Shown here: piece by piece, positions 15,959 to 20,000 of the stretch
Layout: the number at the start of each line of letters is the position of its first letter
How positions within the stretch are numbered: position 1 is the first letter of the stretch
IMG/VR virus record: IMGVR_UViG_3300008262_000171
Source of the DNA: an uncultured virus (IMG/VR IMGVR_UViG_3300008262_000171)
Taxonomy: Duplodnaviria > Heunggongvirae > Uroviricota > Caudoviricetes
Length of the DNA stretch: 20,000 bases
Direction: 5' to 3' (one strand)
The notes under the pieces: generated by a model
The model's input: the letters and a program-made list of their open reading frames with translations, nothing else
Told to the model about the DNA's origin: nothing
The model's database searches: none
Position numbers and translations under genes: made by a program

Positions 15959-18826
15959 ATGGCAAATTATAGGAAGTCTTTTAATTTCAGAAGTGGTGTA
16001 CAGGTTGATAATGATAAGTTCCTTGTAGATGGAAGAGGAAATGTTGGTGTCGGAACGTCGGCACCAAACAGACCCCTAGATGTTTATGGTACTGCGAGAG
16101 TTAATGGATTACTAGAATCAACATTACTAAGAGTATCATCGGCATCTACATTTCAATCTTTAGTTACTGTTGGGAGTAGTGTATTTTTTAACCCAACGAC
16201 TGGAATTATTAGTGCAGTTTCCTACCGTGGTGATGGTGCTTTACTAGCAAATGTCATTGCGATTGCCACTGATGGTTGGGTAAAAAATGCTGGAACACTC
16301 TCAACATCATTTAACATTTATCAAGGGCCTTTTACTGATGGAGTTTTACCCGTTTCATTGGGTCCTTTACAAGTTGGTGTTGGTTCAACTGCATTTTTGA
16401 TTGGTTTTAACGGTAATGTTGGTATTGGTACAACAGTTACGACAAGAACATTAGATGTTAGAGGTGGAATTGGTGCAACAAACTTAACAGTAACGGGTCT
16501 TTCTACTTTCCAAAGTGATGTTATTTTAGGTGAATATAATCTTGCATCTACGGGTTTAATACTTGGTGGTTCATCCCAGACAGCAAAATTATACTATAAT
16601 TCCGGTTCCACCCGTAATGAGTTTAGTGGAACAAATACTGATTTTTATATTCGTGCCAAAGATTATACTTTTGCTACTGGAGCATCTGGATTTGCCGCAG
16701 AAACTGCAATTACAATCACTCAAGATGGATCAGTTGCACTATATTATGATAATAGCAAAGAATTTGAAACCACAGGTTATGGTGCAACAGTTTTTGGAAG
16801 ACTTGAATCCAATGCATTAACTGTTACTGGAGCAGCACCAGCTGGAATTTTTGGTAGTTCATCTGCAGGAAATGCTGGTTCAGTTGATGTTTTAAGTAGT
16901 ACATCAAGAACTTATATTACACCAGGTCAAATACAATTTAATAATACAGGAAACATTCAACAAGTAGGGACTACTCAATATTTTAGAGCAGGTGTAAGTG
17001 GTACATCTTCTTACTACTTCTCAAATTATTTTTCAGGTTCTGATAATGAATTATTCTTTATTGATACATTAGGAAATATTAGAGTAGCAAATAATGCTCA
17101 AATCTCAGGTGTAACTACAACTCAGCAGTTAAATGTTACTGGATTTACAACGATTAGTGCAGAACTTGACGTAGGTAATGCCATATCATTAAATGGTAGT
17201 AGTGGCATTGTAACTGCAATACGATTTGATGGAAGATTAGTTGGTATTGCAACTACTGCCTTAAATCTTTACGATGGTGCAAATATTACAACTGGAACAA
17301 TTAATGATGCGAGATTACCAGATTTAATTACTTCTAACCTTAATCGATCTGTTGGTATAACGACTCTAAACAAGATTAGAGTAGAAACTCTTGGAGTCGG
17401 AACTGATACCTTTACCTCTGATTTTGCAATCGTAAAAGATGCTACAACCACATTAGAAGTTATTTCTAAACAAGGAAGTGCAAATATCGGTCTTGGTTCA
17501 CAAGCATTGGGTGGAAATAACACTGCGAGAATTAGATATAATCCACTTACACAAGTTTTAGACCTTGATAATAACGGTTCTGGGGAAGTTAATTTCCATA
17601 CTCACAAAGGAAATGGTGCTGTAGTTGGAACTCAAACTGGAGGATATTTCTTCAAAACTGGTTCTGATGCGAAAGTATTATTAAATCTAAATTATGACGG
17701 CAGAGTGTCTATCAATGAAAGTGTTCCATTATTAACAGACACTCAATATTCATTGATGGTGAATGGTAATACCAAAATTAGAGGTAGATTAGACTTAGAT
17801 GCTGGTATAAATGCAGGTCTTTCAACATTCTCTAACATCACAGTTACTGGTTTATCTACATTCTCAACAACTCAAAACTTTAACACTCAATCTGGATTAT
17901 CAACATTTAATCAGTTAAAAGTTACAAGTACATTTAATGCAACTGGTGTCTCATCTTTTATTGGTATTACTACATTCTTTGGTGGAGTTAATATTGGAAC
18001 ATCTGGTTTTGCAAGTCCATTAAACATTTACAGCCCAGCAACTTTAAGAAATGCCGATCTTGGATTTGCTACGTCAAAAATTTATTATGATTATGTTGCT
18101 GGTGTAACGACAGGATTTTTTGATCCTAGAAATCAAACTTTATTAGCAAACTATCAAACAACTATTCCAAATAATGGCATTCTCCCATTCTCTGGTTATG
18201 GTGATATACAAATAAGATCTGGTGGCATTAACATCATTTCTCAAGATTATATTGCAGTTCATCCTTCACTTGCATCTAGTGAAACAGGAAATTGGCCAGG
18301 TTTAACTGGAGCACAAAATATTGGAATGGGTCTACAATTTATCAATAATAATCTATGTAAAGTTGGATTTAATACACTATACATTAGATCTACATTTGAT
18401 GTTGGATATGGCAATAGTGCAAATAGCTCTTACTTTATACCACCAAGATTATCAACGTCAGATATTTACTATGTAAGTCAATTGTGGAACCCTAATGTTG
18501 CTGGTCCTAGTGCTGGAAATTGGGCAGGACATGCTAGAGCAAACTTAGCAACACCAGATGGACTTACATCTGGTGGAATTGTTTATGACATAACTGCATC
18601 TCAGTTAAAAGTTGCTGTTGCTGCAACAACTTTCTGTGGTGTTGCGACATATACAAATAATCACAGTGGATTTGGCGCATTTGTTCCACCAACAATGACA
18701 ACCACTCAACGTAATACTATGACAACTGCTGGTATTCAGAGTGGAGCAATCATTTATAATTCAACAACAGACAGATTAGAAGTCAGACTAAAAGGTAACT
18801 GGTTCGGTATTACAACCGCAGTATAA
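15959..18826 (+). CDS. Tail fibre-like protein
   Basis: 955 aa, Gly/Thr/Ser-rich, with GNVGVGT/GNVGIGT and (T/A/S)GLSTF repeats. The C-terminus is PPTMTTTQRN...GAIIYNSTTDRLEV...W. Confidence 0.8.
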   Translation: MANYRKSFNFRSGVQVDNDKFLVDGRGNVGVGTSAPNRPLDVYGTARVNGLLESTLLRVSSASTFQSLVTVGSSVFFNPTTGIISAVSYRGDGALLANVIAIATDGWVKNAGTLSTSFNIYQGPFTDGVLPVSLGPLQVGVGSTAFLIGFNGNVGIGTTVTTRTLDVRGGIGATNLTVTGLSTFQSDVILGEYNLASTGLILGGSSQTAKLYYNSGSTRNEFSGTNTDFYIRAKDYTFATGASGFAAETAITITQDGSVALYYDNSKEFETTGYGATVFGRLESNALTVTGAAPAGIFGSSSAGNAGSVDVLSSTSRTYITPGQIQFNNTGNIQQVGTTQYFRAGVSGTSSYYFSNYFSGSDNELFFIDTLGNIRVANNAQISGVTTTQQLNVTGFTTISAELDVGNAISLNGSSGIVTAIRFDGRLVGIATTALNLYDGANITTGTINDARLPDLITSNLNRSVGITTLNKIRVETLGVGTDTFTSDFAIVKDATTTLEVISKQGSANIGLGSQALGGNNTARIRYNPLTQVLDLDNNGSGEVNFHTHKGNGAVVGTQTGGYFFKTGSDAKVLLNLNYDGRVSINESVPLLTDTQYSLMVNGNTKIRGRLDLDAGINAGLSTFSNITVTGLSTFSTTQNFNTQSGLSTFNQLKVTSTFNATGVSSFIGITTFFGGVNIGTSGFASPLNIYSPATLRNADLGFATSKIYYDYVAGVTTGFFDPRNQTLLANYQTTIPNNGILPFSGYGDIQIRSGGINIISQDYIAVHPSLASSETGNWPGLTGAQNIGMGLQFINNNLCKVGFNTLYIRSTFDVGYGNSANSSYFIPPRLSTSDIYYVSQLWNPNVAGPSAGNWAGHARANLATPDGLTSGGIVYDITASQLKVAVAATTFCGVATYTNNHSGFGAFVPPTMTTTQRNTMTTAGIQSGAIIYNSTTDRLEVRLKGNWFGITTAV

Positions 18827-18829
18827 CAC

Positions 18830-18858
18830 TTGACAACTTCATAAAAACCCTATAGACT
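18830..18858 (+). promoter_or_regulatory. sigma70-like promoter
   Basis: TTGACA (18830-18835), 17-bp spacer, TAGACT (18853-18858). Confidence 0.65.
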
Positions 18859-18900
18859 ACCTTTGTCCTGGTTGAAGATGAGAGTCTGAGCCACTTTAAG

Positions 18901-18933
18901 AACCGTCCACTGGGTCGCACCAGGGACGGTTTT
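18901..18933 (+). terminator. Rho-independent terminator-like hairpin
   Basis: AACCGTCC-A-CTGG-[GTCGCA]-CCAG-GGACGGTT, with a T run at 18930-18933. Confidence 0.65.
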
Positions 18934-18934
18934 C

Positions 18935-18943
18935 TGCTATAAT
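18935..18943 (+). promoter_or_regulatory. Extended -10 promoter (TGcTATAAT) for the helicase
   Basis: TG-n-TATAAT 13 nt upstream of the ATG at 18957. The -35 match is weak (TCGCAC at 18915-18920). Confidence 0.7.
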
Positions 18944-18956
18944 AGTTTCATACGCA

Positions 18957-20000
18957 ATGAGACCTGTGATTCAACTCCGACCTCACCAGCAGATTGCTCT
19001 GGATGCACTGCGTCAGAATGACAAGGGTATCTGTGTGTTTCCGACTGGTGGTGGGAAGACCAATGTGGGTATTTTCGATGCGATTCAAGAGTTTCTGAAA
19101 GAAACTGCTCAGACGATTGTAGTTGTGGCACCACGCATTCTTCTGGCAGAGCAACTTTCTTCCGAGTATCTTGAGTTTATCACCAATGCCCGTGTTCTGC
19201 ACGTGCACACTGGTGAGACGCACCACTTCAGCAGCACTCGTCCGAATGTGATTCGTACTTGGGTAGAGCAAACTCAAGGTCACAAACTGATCTTTACGAC
19301 CTACAATTCTCTGCAGCAGATTGCCAAGGCAGACATCAATGTGAATACCATTTATTTTGATGAAGCACACAATTCTGTTCGTCGTGATTTCTTTCCTGCT
19401 GTTGAGCACTTCTCTCAGGAAGCAAATCGTTGCTACTTTTTTACTGCAACTCCGAAGTATTCTGCCACGATTTCTAAACCTGGTATGAATGATACTGCAG
19501 TCTACGGTAGCATCATTGCTAAGGTTCCTGCACCCGAACTGGTGGAGAATGGTTATATCATTCCTCCTAAGGTGATTGCAACTCAAATGCGTCTGTCTGT
19601 CAAGGGTGAGGATATTGCTCAACGTGACTGTGAGTATCTGCTGCAGGTGATTTCTGAGAATCCTGTCAACAAGATTCTGATTTGTGCGAAGGCAACCAAG
19701 CACATTATTGGTTTGCTGTCTCAAACTGACTTTGCCGATCAACTTGCCGAAGAGGGTTATTCTGTGATGCACATTACTGCTAAGCACGGTGCATTCATTG
19801 ATGGTCAGAAGGTCAACCGTGAGGTGTTCTTTGACACTCTGAATGCATGGGGTAAGGATGCTGACAAGAAGTTTGTGGTTCTTCATCATAGTATCCTTGC
19901 CGAAGGCATCAACATTTCGGCACTGGAGGCAGTTGTATTCATGCGTTCTATGGACGTTGTGGGCATCGGTCAGACGGTCGGACGTACACTGCGTCTGCAC
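18957..20000 (+). CDS. SF2 DEAH-box helicase (ResIII/UvsW-like), 3'-truncated; alternative GTG start at 18966
   Basis: Manual translation, absent from the ORF track: LRPHQ (Q motif), PTGGGKT (I), VVVAPRILLAEQ (Ia), TTYNSL (Ib), YFDEAH (II), TAT (III), ILAEGIN (V), QTVGRTLR (VI). No stop before the window end. Confidence 0.93.
   Translation, partial: MRPVIQLRPHQQIALDALRQNDKGICVFPTGGGKTNVGIFDAIQEFLKETAQTIVVVAPRILLAEQLSSEYLEFITNARVLHVHTGETHHFSSTRPNVIRTWVEQTQGHKLIFTTYNSLQQIAKADINVNTIYFDEAHNSVRRDFFPAVEHFSQEANRCYFFTATPKYSATISKPGMNDTAVYGSIIAKVPAPELVENGYIIPPKVIATQMRLSVKGEDIAQRDCEYLLQVISENPVNKILICAKATKHIIGLLSQTDFADQLAEEGYSVMHITAKHGAFIDGQKVNREVFFDTLNAWGKDADKKFVVLHHSILAEGINISALEAVVFMRSMDVVGIGQTVGRTLRLH

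Noticed and set aside
9916..18826. Diversity-generating retroelement or invertible cassette acting on the fibre genes
   Set aside because: No reverse transcriptase, recombinase or long near-identical nucleotide repeat was seen in the window. A self dot-plot would be needed to exclude this fully.
618..19134. Remaining short nested or antisense ORFs of 60-127 aa in the track
   Set aside because: All overlap longer, well-supported + strand genes and lack motifs or expression signals.
18948..20000. 350-aa minus-strand ORF
   Set aside because: It is the antisense shadow of the helicase in the same codon register. It stays open because the helicase has no TTA, CTA or TCA codons, and it shows no protein motifs.
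1..20000. CRISPR array or stop-codon reassignment
   Set aside because: No regular repeat-spacer pattern was seen. Long genes read intact under the standard code, TAA, TAG and TGA all serve as stops, and there is no suppressor tRNA.

Overview
This window comes from a T4-like myovirus genome, most likely a cyanophage, and every credible gene is on the + strand. 1-8394 is a late baseplate/spike module: a 5'-truncated protein with a degenerate M23/LytM domain, a gp27-like hub, a gp5-like spike apparently split over several ORFs (one ending in an S74 chaperone), and a coiled-coil protein. 8400-9880 is an accessory island: a sigma70 promoter, a small ORF, an unlisted 56-aa Phd/YefM-like ORF, tRNA-Ile(UAU), an HNH endonuclease whose late promoter sits in a hairpin, tRNA(CAU), tRNA-Leu(UAA) and a small acidic ORF. 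9916-18826 holds two large tail-fibre-type genes. 18830-20000 has sigma70 promoters, a terminator, a possible short RNA and a 3'-truncated SF2 DEAH helicase missing from the ORF track. The most notable signals are the orphan antitoxin-like ORF beside tRNAs, the rare Ile(UAU) tRNA with a matching early/late codon split, the hairpin-controlled HNH gene and the split spike. All family calls come from motif recognition by eye; no searches were run.
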